DNA of 56,780 bases from Candidatus Aminicenantes bacterium RBG_16_66_30. GTDB taxonomy: Bacteria > Acidobacteriota > Aminicenantia > Aminicenantales > Saccharicenantaceae. Below are positions 26,067-35,886 of this stretch, piece after piece. A model generated the notes under the pieces. It did not search any database. It saw only the letters and a program-made list of their open reading frames with translations, and had not been told where the DNA came from. Position numbers and translations under genes: made by a program. The stretch covers positions 3,999 to 60,778 of the forward strand of contig MEYC01000003.1 in NCBI GenBank assembly GCA_001775715.1, given 5' to 3'. The first letter of the stretch is position 1. The number at the start of each line of letters is the position of its first letter.

Positions 26067-27998
26067 TCAGAGGACCAGCCGGACGAGCCAGCTCAGCGCG
26101 AGCGCGACCGTAATGCTCAGGCCCGTCGATACAAGGGCCCACTTCCTCCCGATCTCTTTCCACAGGATGGCGCACGTGGACAGGCAGGGGATGAAGAAGC
26201 TGATGAACACGGTGAAGACGACGAGCTGTTCCCGGCTGATGACCGTCATGAGGTTCTGATAGTCCACGCCGAGCGCCTGGAGCATCATGATGAGCGACAG
26301 CTCCTTGCGCAGAAAGCCGAAGACGAGGGTCACGCCGAGCTCGTGGGGCAGGCCGAGGCCCTTGACGACGAGCGGCGCCAGGACGTCGTTGATCCACCGG
26401 TCGGCCCGGAAATAGCTCAGCAGGCTCAGGACGAGGCTTCCCCCGATGAGGATGGGCCAGGCGAATTTGACGAAGGCATAGACCTGCATCCAGGTCTTGC
26501 GCAGGATGGAGACGATCCTCGGCGCCTTGAGCGAGGGGATCTCCAGGATGAGGCCGGGCGACGGCTCCTTCAGGAACAGGCTGATGATCCAGCCGATGAC
26601 GGCGACGATGAGGATGTTCGCGGCGTAAAAGCCCATGGCCCAGAGCGGCCCCAGATAGAACGCGACCAGGGCCAGGATAATGGTCGTCCGGGCCGAGCAC
26701 GGGATGAACGGAATGAGGACCGAGGTCAGGATCCTGTCCCGGTGGGACTCGAGGATGCGCGTCGCGACGATGGCCGGGACGTTGCACCCGAACCCGAGGA
26801 TGAACGGCGAGACCGATTTGCCGTGGAGGCCGATCCGGTGCATGAAGGCGTCGAGGAGGAAGCCGGCCCGGGCGAGATAGCCCAGGTCCTCCAGAGCGGC
26901 CATCAGGAACAGGAGCGGCAGGAAATACGGGAGCACGATGGCCACTCCCCCGCCGACGCCCTGGATGAGCCCCTCGGCCAGGTAGAAGACGAGTCCGTCG
27001 CCCAAGCGCACGGCCAGGACCGCCTTCAGCTTGTTGAACGGCCCGAGAAGGAGCGATTCCAAAGGGCTCCCGACCTTGAAGATGATGAAGAAGAAGGCCA
27101 AGAAGACGGCCGCCAGGATGACGTAGCCCAAGACGGGGTGCATGAGGACGGCGTCGACCCTCTTGTCCCAGGTCAGCCGCTGACCGTGGAGGACGCGGCT
27201 GGTCTCCTCGGCGAGCTTCATGGCCTGGTGATGCCGCTCGGCGGAGATCACCTCATAGGCGGGAGCGCCGCGCCGCTCCTCGATCGTCCGGCGGACCCGG
27301 TCGACCGCCGCTTTCAGCCCGGGCGCGACCTCGCCGAGGAAGTCGCCGCAGGCGTGCCCGGCCGTCTCGATGAGCTTGACGGCGGTGAAGCGGGGGTTGG
27401 AGACGATGGGAAAGCCCGCCGGCAGGCTCTTCTCGACCTCGGCGACCTGTTCCTCGACGTCGTCCGAGAACCGGCGCGCCCGCGCATTCTGCCCCTTTTC
27501 CAGGGCCGCGAAGGCCCGGTCCAGCAGTTCCTTGACGCCGCGCCCGTGGGCGGCGATGGTGGCCACGACCGGGACCCCGAGAAGGCGCTCGACCGCCGCC
27601 GTGTCGATCTGGACACCCTTCCGCTCGGCCACGTCCATCATGTTCAGGGCGACGACCATCGGATAGCCGAGCTCGACCAGCTCGAGCGTCAGCTCCAGGC
27701 CGCGGCTGAGGGTCGAGGCGTCGACGACGTTGACGACGAGGTCCGGCCTCTCGGCGAAGAGGTGCGACAGGACGATCTGCTCGGCGGGGTCGGTCGTGCA
27801 GAGCGAGTAGGTGCCCGGCAGGTCGATGACGTCGAGCAGGCGTCCCTCGATATTGACCCGGCTGTGGGTGTGTTTGATGGACGTGCCCGGGAAGTTCGAC
27901 GTCTCGGCTTTGGGGCCGGCGATGGAGTTGAAAAGGGTGCTCTTGCCGCCGTTGGGCTGGCCGATGAAGATGACCGCAGGGACCTCAGGACGGCTCAT
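26067..27998 (-). CDS. feoB: ferrous iron transporter FeoB (G-domain plus permease)
   Basis: G1 GQPNGGKSTLFNS, G3 DLPGTYSL and G4 NMMD, followed by about 10 TM segments. Start moved to ATG 27998 (MSRPEVPAVIFIG), overlapping the feoA stop. Confidence 0.95.
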   Translation of the reverse strand: MSRPEVPAVIFIGQPNGGKSTLFNSIAGPKAETSNFPGTSIKHTHSRVNIEGRLLDVIDLPGTYSLCTTDPAEQIVLSHLFAERPDLVVNVVDASTLSRGLELTLELVELGYPMVVALNMMDVAERKGVQIDTAAVERLLGVPVVATIAAHGRGVKELLDRAFAALEKGQNARARRFSDDVEEQVAEVEKSLPAGFPIVSNPRFTAVKLIETAGHACGDFLGEVAPGLKAAVDRVRRTIEERRGAPAYEVISAERHHQAMKLAEETSRVLHGQRLTWDKRVDAVLMHPVLGYVILAAVFLAFFFIIFKVGSPLESLLLGPFNKLKAVLAVRLGDGLVFYLAEGLIQGVGGGVAIVLPYFLPLLFLMAALEDLGYLARAGFLLDAFMHRIGLHGKSVSPFILGFGCNVPAIVATRILESHRDRILTSVLIPFIPCSARTTIILALVAFYLGPLWAMGFYAANILIVAVIGWIISLFLKEPSPGLILEIPSLKAPRIVSILRKTWMQVYAFVKFAWPILIGGSLVLSLLSYFRADRWINDVLAPLVVKGLGLPHELGVTLVFGFLRKELSLIMMLQALGVDYQNLMTVISREQLVVFTVFISFFIPCLSTCAILWKEIGRKWALVSTGLSITVALALSWLVRLVL

Positions 27999-28227
27999 GG
28001 ACGGGCTCGACGAGGACCTTCTGGGCGACGCCGCGGCCGAGGGCGACCGTCGTGTCGGACCGGCAGCTGCGGACAAGCACGGGGCCTCGGAGGATGGCTT
28101 GGCCGTCAAGCTCGACGAGATCGTCCTTGTGGAAACCCATGGCCATGAGGCGGCGCCGGACGCTCTCGCCGCCGGCGAGATCGACGATCCGGAGGGGGGT
28201 ATTGTGAGGGGCGTCGAGGAGGGTCAT
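27985..28227 (-). CDS. feoA: FeoA family iron transport protein
   Basis: 80-aa SH3-like FeoA pattern (LRIVDLAGGESVRRRLMAMGFHKDDLVEL). Immediately upstream of feoB and overlapping it. Confidence 0.85.
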   Translation of the reverse strand: MTLLDAPHNTPLRIVDLAGGESVRRRLMAMGFHKDDLVELDGQAILRGPVLVRSCRSDTTVALGRGVAQKVLVEPVHEPS

Positions 28228-28291
28228 GAGGGTCTTTCTTGGCGAAATTATAGGGTATGGGGCCGCGGAAGTAAAGCCGTCCGGCCGCCGA

Positions 28292-29122
28292 TCAGTAGAG
28301 GACCTTCGCTTCGCCGAGAGCGGCGATGCGCTTGTCGAGCCATGCGACCATGAGTTCGCGGCGGGCCATGGTCGCCGCGATCTCCTCGTCGGTGAGGTAT
28401 TCGCCGGCGGCCGTCCGAATGATCTCCGGGGTCAGGGCCTTGAGGACGTCCAAGAAGGCCCGGGGCACCGTGGCCATGATGAAGTTCGGCCCCTCCCGGT
28501 ATTTCTCGTCGTAGATCAGCTTGGTCGTGAACTTCTTGGTTGTTCGGAAGGACCGGGAGTGGTCGATCAGGATCATCCGCCAGTCTTCCATGATCAGGTA
28601 GTTCCGCTGGTGGCGGTCCTCGTTGGAGATGAGGTTGTCGAAGGCCCTTTGGAGGCACAGCGCCCGGCTGAAGTACATGGCTTTGATGCCCGGAGGATTG
28701 AGCTTCTTCTTGAGGATCGTCTCCATGTTGTTCCAGCCGTCGACCCAGATCTGGCACGATCCCCGGTCGCCCTGGAACTCCCGCTCGACGGTCGCCGGGA
28801 CCATGTGGAGCCCCAGGTGGCGGCTGAGCCGGTAGGCGACGATCTCACCCTTCCATGTCTCCTTGTAGCCGCCGACCCGGTCGCCCATGGCGTTCTTCCA
28901 GAGAGCCTTGTGCTGGACGCCGTCCTTCTCGAGGGTCAGGACATACGGCGTCGTCACGCCCTCCGACGCCGGCAGCTTGTCGCTCTTGACGACCTTGGCC
29001 GTCCTGAGGAAATCCTCCCACTTCTCGTACTCGCCCTGCTCGGCTCCCGTGAGCTGGCCCAGGAGGGAGCTCCCGGCCCCGAGGCAGACGACGACCGCGC
29101 ACACCAGAACGATCTTTTTCAC
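28292..29122 (-). CDS. secreted protein with a PI3/PI4-kinase-like catalytic core (DRHxxN ... ID motif)
   Basis: Signal peptide MKKIVLVCAVVVCLGAGSSLLG. FDNLISNEDRHQRNYLIMEDWRMILIDHSRSF carries DRHxxN and an IDH 19 residues after the Asp, the same spacing as DRHNSN...IDFG in PI3K-type kinases. Family assignment is by motif only. Confidence 0.55.
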   Translation of the reverse strand: MKKIVLVCAVVVCLGAGSSLLGQLTGAEQGEYEKWEDFLRTAKVVKSDKLPASEGVTTPYVLTLEKDGVQHKALWKNAMGDRVGGYKETWKGEIVAYRLSRHLGLHMVPATVEREFQGDRGSCQIWVDGWNNMETILKKKLNPPGIKAMYFSRALCLQRAFDNLISNEDRHQRNYLIMEDWRMILIDHSRSFRTTKKFTTKLIYDEKYREGPNFIMATVPRAFLDVLKALTPEIIRTAAGEYLTDEEIAATMARRELMVAWLDKRIAALGEAKVLY

Positions 29123-29206
29123 GTCGGCCCTCCCTGTTCCCGATTCTGCGGTCAGAGTCTAGGCTCGGCGGCCGGCAAAGTCAATACGCCCAAAAAAATA
29201 TCACTA

Positions 29207-29235
29207 TTGTTTTTATAGGGTATATCAACTAAAAT
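29207..29235 (+). promoter_or_regulatory. candidate sigma70 promoter of the sdh-Rieske/cytb-kor gene string
   Basis: TTGTTT, 17-nt spacer, TAAAAT in the only AT-rich patch upstream of sdhC. The ~45-nt leader ends with GGAAGGACAAGAGG before the ATG. Confidence 0.4.
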
Positions 29236-29280
29236 ATACGGCACGGCGTTCGGATATCCGTACGGGAAGGACAAGAGGCC

Positions 29281-29589
29281 ATGTTCATTTGGGTCTTCCA
29301 TCGCGTGACCGGTTTGTTGCTGATCGGGCTCCTGGCGGTCAAGTTCCTGACCTCCTTCTTCCTCATGACCAAGGCCCAGAAGCCGGATTGGGCCCTGCTC
29401 CTCCATACCAACCCTCTGACCGACACGTTCCTCATCGTGGCCGGCGTCTACCACGCCTTCTACGGCCTCCGGACGATCGTCATCGACCTGGGCGTGCGCA
29501 AGGAAAAGGCCCTCTTCTGGATCTTCACGTCGCTCGGCACGCTGGTCACGGCGGCCCTCCTCGTCATCTACTACACGAGGGACTATTGA
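29281..29589 (+). CDS. succinate dehydrogenase / fumarate reductase small membrane anchor subunit (3 TM)
   Basis: HRVTG motif in TM1 and [15 protein letters not shown] in TM2/3 resemble the SdhC/SdhD heme/quinone-site signatures. Lies directly upstream of sdhA. Confidence 0.65.
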   Translation: MFIWVFHRVTGLLLIGLLAVKFLTSFFLMTKAQKPDWALLLHTNPLTDTFLIVAGVYHAFYGLRTIVIDLGVRKEKALFWIFTSLGTLVTAALLVIYYTRDY

Positions 29590-29597
29590 GTCAGGCC

Positions 29598-29691
29598 TAT
29601 TCACGAAACGAGGCGGCCCTCAGATGCGAGGCCCGAGGGGTGAAGCTGTACTCTGCAGTACTGCGAATCCCGAGAACGAAGCAGATGGGGC
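29598..29691. repeat. copy B of the 94-nt non-coding module, filling the sdhC-sdhA spacer
   Basis: 88/94 identical, with no gaps, to 16..109 by hand alignment. Two of the six differences fall in the loop of the conserved hairpin GCUGUACU-CUGC-AGUACUGC (loop CUUU in copy A). Confidence 0.8.
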
Positions 29692-29695
29692 CGAG

Positions 29696-31393
29696 ATGAT
29701 CCGGCACGACCTGCTTATCGTCGGCGGCGGGCTGGCCGGGCTCTCGGCCGCCCTCGGCGCCGATCCGGGGCTTAAGGTCGCGGTCATCTCGAAGGTCCAT
29801 CCCATCCGCTCCCATTCGGTGGCCGCCCAAGGCGGGATCAATGCCGCCCTGGCCAACCACCCCGAGGGGGCCGACGACACCTGCGACCGGCACGCGTTCG
29901 ACACGATCAAAGGCAGCGATTACCTCGCCGACCAGGACGCGGCCGAGCTCCTGACCAGCCGGGCCATCCCGACGATGTACGAGCTCGACCACTGGGGCGT
30001 GCCGTTCAGCCGCTTCCCCGACGGGACGATCGCCCAGCGGCCGTTCGGCGGAGCGGGGTACCCCCGGACCTGTTATGCCGCGGACAGGACCGGCCAGGTC
30101 CTTCTCCACACGCTCTACGAGCAGGCCGTGCGGCGCGGCATCGTTTTTTACGAGGAGTGGCTGGTGACGGACATCATCGTCCGGGACCGAAAGCTCGTCG
30201 GCCTCATCGCCTACGACCTGGCCGGAGGCGAGATCATCCCCCTCCGGGCGAGGGCGGTCATCTTCGCCACGGGAGGATACGGCCGGGTCTACCTGAAGTC
30301 GACCAATGCCTACATCAACTTCGGCAGCGGGATCGGCATGGCCTATAAGGCCGGGATCCCCCTCAAAGACATGGAGTTCGTCCAGTTCCATCCGACCTCT
30401 CTCTTAGGCAAGAACATCCTGATCACCGAGGCGGCGCGGGGCGAGGGCGGCACCCTGGTCAATGCCCAGGGGCGGCGGTTCATGGAGGATTACGCGCCCA
30501 AAGCCATGGAGCTCGCCCCCCGGGACATCGTCGCCCGGTCCATCCAGACCGAGATCGACAAGGGGAACGGCTTCGAGGGCCAATACGTCCACCTCGACCT
30601 CCGCCACCTCGGCCGGGAAAAGATCCTCAAGCGCCTGCCCGGGATCAGAGACATCTGCATCCACTTCGCCGGGCTCGACCCCATCGACCGGCCGATCCCC
30701 ATCCTGCCGGCCCAGCACTACTCCATGGGCGGGATCGACGTCGACGCGACCTGCGCCTCTCCCGTGGAGGGCTTCTTCGCGGCCGGGGAATGCGCCTGCG
30801 TCAGCGTCCACGGCGCCAACCGTCTCGGGGGGAACTCGCTCCTCGAGGCGATCGTGTTCGGCAAGATCGCGGGCGAGTCGGCCTCCCGCTACCTCCATGG
30901 CGGCCCGGCCGAGGTCGAGGGGGACCGGGAGACGGCCGACGCGGCCCGCGCGCTCATGTCCAGGATGCGCTCCATCCACGAGCGGGACGCGGGGGAAAAC
31001 GTCTTTCAGCTCCTCAACCGGCTCAAGCGGCTGATGAGCGACACGGCCGGGATCTTCCGGGACGCTCCGACGCTCAGCCGGGGTCTCGAGGAGCTGGCCG
31101 AGCTCCGCGAGGCCTACCGCCGCGTCTTCATCTACGGCAACTGCGGCCGGTACTGCCATGAGATGGTCGTGCTCGTCGAGTTCGAGCACATGCTGGAGAT
31201 CGCCGAGGTCATCCTCCTCGGCGCTCTCGAGCGGAAGGAGACCCGAGGGTCCCATTTCCGGAAGGATTTCCCCAAGCGCGACGACGCGGCCTGGCTCAAG
31301 CACACGATCATCACCCGGTCGGAGAAGGGTCCGGTGATCACGTATCGGGACCTCAAGGCGGGACGGTACGCTCCCCAGGAGAGAACCTATTGA
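29696..31393 (+). CDS. sdhA: succinate dehydrogenase / fumarate reductase flavoprotein subunit
   Basis: FAD fold [16 protein letters not shown]; covalent-FAD histidine context [13 protein letters not shown]; HPT; [15 protein letters not shown]. Start set to ATG 29696; the 24 upstream codons belong to the repeat module. Confidence 0.95.
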   Translation: MIRHDLLIVGGGLAGLSAALGADPGLKVAVISKVHPIRSHSVAAQGGINAALANHPEGADDTCDRHAFDTIKGSDYLADQDAAELLTSRAIPTMYELDHWGVPFSRFPDGTIAQRPFGGAGYPRTCYAADRTGQVLLHTLYEQAVRRGIVFYEEWLVTDIIVRDRKLVGLIAYDLAGGEIIPLRARAVIFATGGYGRVYLKSTNAYINFGSGIGMAYKAGIPLKDMEFVQFHPTSLLGKNILITEAARGEGGTLVNAQGRRFMEDYAPKAMELAPRDIVARSIQTEIDKGNGFEGQYVHLDLRHLGREKILKRLPGIRDICIHFAGLDPIDRPIPILPAQHYSMGGIDVDATCASPVEGFFAAGECACVSVHGANRLGGNSLLEAIVFGKIAGESASRYLHGGPAEVEGDRETADAARALMSRMRSIHERDAGENVFQLLNRLKRLMSDTAGIFRDAPTLSRGLEELAELREAYRRVFIYGNCGRYCHEMVVLVEFEHMLEIAEVILLGALERKETRGSHFRKDFPKRDDAAWLKHTIITRSEKGPVITYRDLKAGRYAPQERTY

Positions 31394-32109
31394 TCTTCAA
31401 GATCCTCCGTTACGAGCCGCAGCGGGACGAGCATCCTCATTTCCAGCTCTACCGGCATGAGCCGAAGCCGCAGGATACCGTCCTCGAGGCGCTGAAGGAC
31501 ATCCGCGACCAGCAGGACCCCTCCCTCTCCTTCCGCTACAGCTGCCGCGAGGCCGTCTGCGGGTCCTGCAGCCTGGTCATCAACGGCCGGATCGCCCTCG
31601 CCTGCCGCACCCAGGTCAGCGACCTGGGTTCCGGCGAGGTCGTCATCGAGCCTCTCCCCAACCTCGAGATCCTCAAAGACCTGATCGTCGACCTCAAGCC
31701 TTTCTGGGAAGCCTATCGGCGGATCGAACCGTTCCTCCAAGCCCAGGGAGATGCCCCCGAAGCCGGGCACCGGGTCGAAGAGAAGGATATGGAGCGCGTC
31801 TTCCAGTACATCACGTGCATCCTTTGCGCCAGCTGCTACAGCGCCTGTCCGGTCGCCACCCGGGACGGACGCTACGCCGGGCCGGCCGCCCTGGCCAAGC
31901 TCTATCGGTTCGCCGTCGATCCGCGCGACCGGCGTCCGTTCTCGGCGCTGGAGCGCGTCGACGGCCCCGACGGCGTCTGGGGGTGCGACACCGTTTTCCG
32001 CTGCAACGATGTCTGCCCCAAGGACGTCCGGCCGGCCGACGGCATCGAAGGCCTGAGGCGAAAGCTCATCGCCGGAAAATGGAAGCGTCTCATCGGACGG
32101 AAACCATGA
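31390..32109 (+). CDS. sdhB: succinate dehydrogenase / fumarate reductase iron-sulfur subunit
   Basis: 2Fe-2[22 protein letters not shown], 4Fe-4[13 protein letters not shown] and 3Fe-4S CNDVCPK. The TTG start overlaps the sdhA stop. Confidence 0.9.
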   Translation: MIFKILRYEPQRDEHPHFQLYRHEPKPQDTVLEALKDIRDQQDPSLSFRYSCREAVCGSCSLVINGRIALACRTQVSDLGSGEVVIEPLPNLEILKDLIVDLKPFWEAYRRIEPFLQAQGDAPEAGHRVEEKDMERVFQYITCILCASCYSACPVATRDGRYAGPAALAKLYRFAVDPRDRRPFSALERVDGPDGVWGCDTVFRCNDVCPKDVRPADGIEGLRRKLIAGKWKRLIGRKP

Positions 32110-32549
32110 AGCTCCCCGCATCCCTTTACTCGCGGCGCGCCTTCCTGAATGGTCTCATCGGAGGCTGGCTGGCCGCCTTGGGCTCGGCCTTCATCAGCCC
32201 GCTCCTCAAATATATCGTTCCTCCGACGCCCGAGCCGGACCAGGTGACCGTGCCGTTCGCGGACTACAAGGACATGGCCCCGCACACCGTCAAGGGCTTC
32301 GCTTGGGGAAACAAGCCGGGGCTCCTGCAGAGGACGGAAGCGGGGGAATACGTCGCGTTCGTCGGCGTGTGCACGCACCTCGACTGCAACGTCAGCTTCG
32401 TCGCCGAACAGAGGCGGTTCTACTGCGCCTGCCACGAAGGCTGGTACGATGAGAACGGCCTCAACGTCGCCGGGCCGCCTCCGTCGCCGCTCCGCCGGCT
32501 GTCCGTCTCCGTCGAAGGCGACACGTTGATCGTCAAAAGGCAGGGATGA
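32106..32549 (+). CDS. Rieske [2Fe-2S] subunit of a cytochrome bc/b6f-type complex
   Basis: Tat-type signal SRRAFLNGL. Rieske boxes CTHLDCNV and CACHEGWY. ATGA overlap with the sdhB stop. Confidence 0.9.
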   Translation: MKLPASLYSRRAFLNGLIGGWLAALGSAFISPLLKYIVPPTPEPDQVTVPFADYKDMAPHTVKGFAWGNKPGLLQRTEAGEYVAFVGVCTHLDCNVSFVAEQRRFYCACHEGWYDENGLNVAGPPPSPLRRLSVSVEGDTLIVKRQG

Positions 32550-32553
32550 AGCC

Positions 32554-33612
32554 ATGAAAGCCCTCGGCGCCTGGATCGAGGATCGCCTGGGGCTCGGTCC
32601 CGTGGCCGCGTTCCTGGCCAAGAAAGAGGTCCCCTGCCACAGGCACACCATCCTTTATTACACCGGCAGCTCGATCCTCCTCTTCCTGGGGATCCAGATC
32701 GTCACGGGCGTCCTGCTGGCGCTCTATTACCAGCCGACGCTGGCCGAGGCCAACGCCAGCGTCGTCCGGATCATGACGGAGATGCCGCTCGGCTGGCTCG
32801 TCAGGTCCGTTCATAGCTGGTCGGCCACGTTCATGATCGCTCTCGTCTTCGCCCACCTGCTGGGCATCGCCTTCACCAAGGCCTACCGCAAGCCGCGCGA
32901 GGCCACCTGGCTCACCGGGGTCCTGCTCCTGGGCTCGTCGCTCGCCTTCGGCTTCACGGGATACCTCCTGCCCTGGGACGAGCTCTCGCTGGCGGCGACC
33001 AAGGTCGGGACGAACTTGCCCAAGGCCCTTCCGGTCATCGGAACCTGGCTCACCCAGGTGATGCGGGCCGGCGACGACGTGACGGGCGACACGATCACCC
33101 GGTTCTTTATCGTCCATGTTTCCGTCCTCCCGCTCGCCCTGCTGGCGATCCTGGGCGTCCACATCTTCCTCGTCCAGCGCCACGGGATGAGCGCTCCGCT
33201 CGAAGCGGAACGGGACAAGATCAAGCTTCCCTGGCTGCCCTTCTGGCCGAACTTCCTCCTCCGTGAGGCGGGGGTCTGGTTCGTCCTGCTGGGCGTCCTC
33301 CTGACCGTCGCGGTGTTCTTGGCGCCGGGGGTCGGGCCGCAGGCGGACCTCATGGCCCCGGCCCCCGAGGGGATCAAGCCCGAATGGTATTTCCTGTTCA
33401 TGTTCCAGACCCTCAAGCTCTTCCCGGCCAGGATATTGGGCCTCAACGGCGAGCTGATCGCCATGCTGGTCATGATGGCCGGGATGGCCGCCGTCCTCTT
33501 CCTTCCGTTCATCGACGACCGGCCGTTCGAGAGGAAAGGGAAGGTCATTACGGGCTTGGCCTGGGCAGGCTTGGCTTACGCCATAGGGATGTCGATATGG
33601 AGTCTGATGTGA
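32554..33612 (+). CDS. cytochrome b subunit (fused b6 plus subunit IV-like) of a Rieske/cytb complex
   Basis: Eight hydrophobic helices. Conserved His pairs in helices B and D (RSVHSWSATFMIALVFAHL; FFIVHVSVLPLALLAILGVHIF). PEWYFL motif present as KPEWYFLFMFQ. Confidence 0.9.
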   Translation: MKALGAWIEDRLGLGPVAAFLAKKEVPCHRHTILYYTGSSILLFLGIQIVTGVLLALYYQPTLAEANASVVRIMTEMPLGWLVRSVHSWSATFMIALVFAHLLGIAFTKAYRKPREATWLTGVLLLGSSLAFGFTGYLLPWDELSLAATKVGTNLPKALPVIGTWLTQVMRAGDDVTGDTITRFFIVHVSVLPLALLAILGVHIFLVQRHGMSAPLEAERDKIKLPWLPFWPNFLLREAGVWFVLLGVLLTVAVFLAPGVGPQADLMAPAPEGIKPEWYFLFMFQTLKLFPARILGLNGELIAMLVMMAGMAAVLFLPFIDDRPFERKGKVITGLAWAGLAYAIGMSIWSLM

Positions 33613-33932
33613 GCCGGCGACGCCGGGCGATCGCGGCCGCGGGCCTCCTGCTCCTGGGCGCCCTCGTCGCCTCGGGATGGCTGGAAGCCCGTGTCCAAGA
33701 ATCCCCTCAGGCTTCGCTCAAGCCCGCCGCCGCCGCGCCCGAACAGGACAAGCCGGCCGCCCCGCGCCCGGCCAAGGAGCGGATGGCCGTCTACGTCATT
33801 CTGGCCTGGGTCTGGCTCTCGATCGCCGTTCTCCTCGCGTTCCTGCGGCTGAGGGTCCGGGAGGCCGACCGCGTCCATCGCATGGGCCTTCATCGGGCGG
33901 GCGATGGACCCCCCGGGGCACCGGGGCACTGA
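33597..33932 (+). CDS. small two-TM protein following cytochrome b (possible accessory subunit)
   Basis: Overlaps the cytb stop by 16 nt. RRRRAIAAAGLLLLGALVASGW and VYVILAWVWLSIAVLLAFL are hydrophobic segments. No heme-binding CxxCH. Start uncertain. Confidence 0.4.
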   Translation: MESDVSRRRRAIAAAGLLLLGALVASGWLEARVQESPQASLKPAAAAPEQDKPAAPRPAKERMAVYVILAWVWLSIAVLLAFLRLRVREADRVHRMGLHRAGDGPPGAPGH

Positions 33933-33933
33933 G

Positions 33934-34143
33934 ATGCCGAAGCCGAGCAAGCCGATCGACGCTCATATCGCCTGGACGGCCGATTACTGCAAGCATTGTT
34001 CGACCTGCATCACGATCTGCCCGGTCAAGAACCTCGAATTCAAGGACGACGAGATGACGTCTTTAGGCAAATGCACGCAGTGCCTTCTGTGCATGAAGTA
34101 CTGCCCCGATTTCGCCATTGAGGTCGAGGCGAAGAAGAAATGA
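33934..34143 (+). CDS. 2-oxoacid:ferredoxin oxidoreductase delta subunit (2x[4Fe-4S] ferredoxin)
   Basis: CKHCSTCITICP and CTQCLLCMKYCP. Start moved to ATG 33934 (MPKPSKP), one nt after the previous stop. Confidence 0.8.
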   Translation: MPKPSKPIDAHIAWTADYCKHCSTCITICPVKNLEFKDDEMTSLGKCTQCLLCMKYCPDFAIEVEAKKK

Positions 34144-35156
34144 AAAGCCTGATCATGGGCAACGAAGCCGTGGCCTGCGGGGCCCTCAAGGCCGGCATGA
34201 CGTTCTTCGCGGCCTACCCCATCACGCCGGCTTCAGAGATCATGCACGAGCTCGCCGACCGGGAGCCCGAGATCGCCTTCGTCCACGCCGAGGACGAGAT
34301 CGCCTCCATCCACATGGCCATCGGGGCGAGCCTGGCCGGCCGGAAGGCGATGACCAGCACCTCCGGGCCGGGGATGTCGCTCAAGCAGGAAGGCATCGGC
34401 CTGGCCCACATGATGGAGGTCCCGCTCGTCGTCGTCGACGTCCAGCGCGTCGGGCCGAGCACGGGCATGCCGACGCTGCCGGCCCAAGGCGATATCCTCC
34501 AGGCCGCCCACGGCAGCCACGGGGACTACCTCCCGATCGTCCTCTCCCCGGCCTCCGTCGAGGAATGCTATCGCTACACGATCGAGGCCTTCAACGCCGC
34601 CGAGGAGTCCCGCAGTCCCGTGATCCTCCTTCTCGACGGCTATCTCGCCCATCTCCAGGAGACGGTCGACCTTGACGCCATCCCGGTCGCCGTCCGGCCC
34701 CGGACCCTGGCCCCTCTCGGCCAGGGGCGGAGGCATTTCACCGGCCTCCTGGCGAAAGACGGCGTCCCGCGGACCAAGGACACCGCGTATTACCGGGAGT
34801 GGTATGCCGGGATGAAGGCCAGGATGCTCGAGGCGGCGGCCCACTATCGTTTTTACGACTATCAGAAGAATCCTTCCTCCGACACGCTGATCGTCGCCTT
34901 CGGGATCACGCACCGGGTCGTCAGCCACCTCCGGGAATCCTATTCCCTGTTCAAACCGGTCCGGATGTTCCCCGTCCTCGAAGACGAGCTCCGGGCCGCC
35001 GCGGCCGAGCACGCCAAGATCGTCGTCGTGGAGATGAACGACGGGCAGTACCGGGGCGAGATCCAAAAGATCCTGCGACGGGAGGTCCTGGGCGTGAGCG
35101 TCCTCGGAGGGACGATCAGCTTGAAAGAGATCCGGGAGCAGCTCCGTGGACTATAA
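34140..35156 (+). CDS. 2-oxoacid:ferredoxin oxidoreductase alpha subunit (KorA/PorA type)
   Basis: MGNEAVACGALKAGMTFFAAYPITPASEI...EDEIASIHMAIGASLAGRKAMTSTSGPGMSL is the canonical OFOR alpha N-terminus. Confidence 0.9.
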   Translation: MKSLIMGNEAVACGALKAGMTFFAAYPITPASEIMHELADREPEIAFVHAEDEIASIHMAIGASLAGRKAMTSTSGPGMSLKQEGIGLAHMMEVPLVVVDVQRVGPSTGMPTLPAQGDILQAAHGSHGDYLPIVLSPASVEECYRYTIEAFNAAEESRSPVILLLDGYLAHLQETVDLDAIPVAVRPRTLAPLGQGRRHFTGLLAKDGVPRTKDTAYYREWYAGMKARMLEAAAHYRFYDYQKNPSSDTLIVAFGITHRVVSHLRESYSLFKPVRMFPVLEDELRAAAAEHAKIVVVEMNDGQYRGEIQKILRREVLGVSVLGGTISLKEIREQLRGL

Positions 35157-35886
35157 AGACTACATCAAGTGGGAGCGGATGCCCACGACCTGGTGCCCGG
35201 GATGCGCGATCGGGACGATCTTCAAGCAGACCGCTTTCGCTTTGGCCGACCTGGGCCTGCCCGCGGAGGAGCTGACCGTCGTCTCGGGCATCGGCTGCAG
35301 CGGCCGGGCGGCCGGGTATTTCAACGTCGACAGCGTCCACGCCACCCATGGCCGTGCGATCCCCGTGGCCGAGGGGATCAAGAGGGCCAATCCCCGCCTC
35401 AAGGTGATCGTCTTCAGCGGCGACGGCGACCTCGTCGGCATCGGCGGCAACCATCTCCTCCATGCCGGCCGCCGGGACATCGACCTGGCCGTCATCTGCG
35501 TCAACAACGGGATCTACGGGATGACCGGAGGCCAGATGGCGCCGACGACGCCGGCCGGGGAGAAGACGCTGACCTCGCCCCACGGGAGCGCCTACGCTCC
35601 GCTCAATATTCAGGGGATCATCACGAGCAACCGGCGCCACTGGTTCGCCCGCGCCTCGACGTTCCACGTCGCTCATCTCCAGCGGGTCATCCGGGAGGCC
35701 GTGGAGAGGCCGGGATTCGCCTTCGTCGAAGTCATGGCCTTCTGCATCGAGAACTTCGGCCGCCGGCTCGGCTTCAAGTCCGGCCACGAAATGCTCACCA
35801 CGCTGAAAACGGGCTACAAGCTCAGGCCGGGAACCGAGGGACTTCTCGGCGACGGCGAGCTGGGGGTCGTCAAACATGACAGTTAG
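35146..35886 (+). CDS. 2-oxoacid:ferredoxin oxidoreductase beta subunit (TPP-binding)
   Basis: WCPGCAIG, GIGCSGR and the TPP motif SGDGDLVGIGGNHLLHAGRRDIDLAVICVNNGIYGMTGGQ. Confidence 0.9.
   Translation: MDYKDYIKWERMPTTWCPGCAIGTIFKQTAFALADLGLPAEELTVVSGIGCSGRAAGYFNVDSVHATHGRAIPVAEGIKRANPRLKVIVFSGDGDLVGIGGNHLLHAGRRDIDLAVICVNNGIYGMTGGQMAPTTPAGEKTLTSPHGSAYAPLNIQGIITSNRRHWFARASTFHVAHLQRVIREAVERPGFAFVEVMAFCIENFGRRLGFKSGHEMLTTLKTGYKLRPGTEGLLGDGELGVVKHDS

Noticed and set aside
29624-29695. N-terminal 24-aa extension of SdhA, or a 33-aa peptide encoded by the repeat module
   Set aside because: No SD precedes the ATG. The extension lies wholly inside the repeated non-coding module. SdhA homologues start just before the GGGxAG fold. 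The copy A frame ends after 33 codons with no partner gene. It is kept only as an alternative in the finding.
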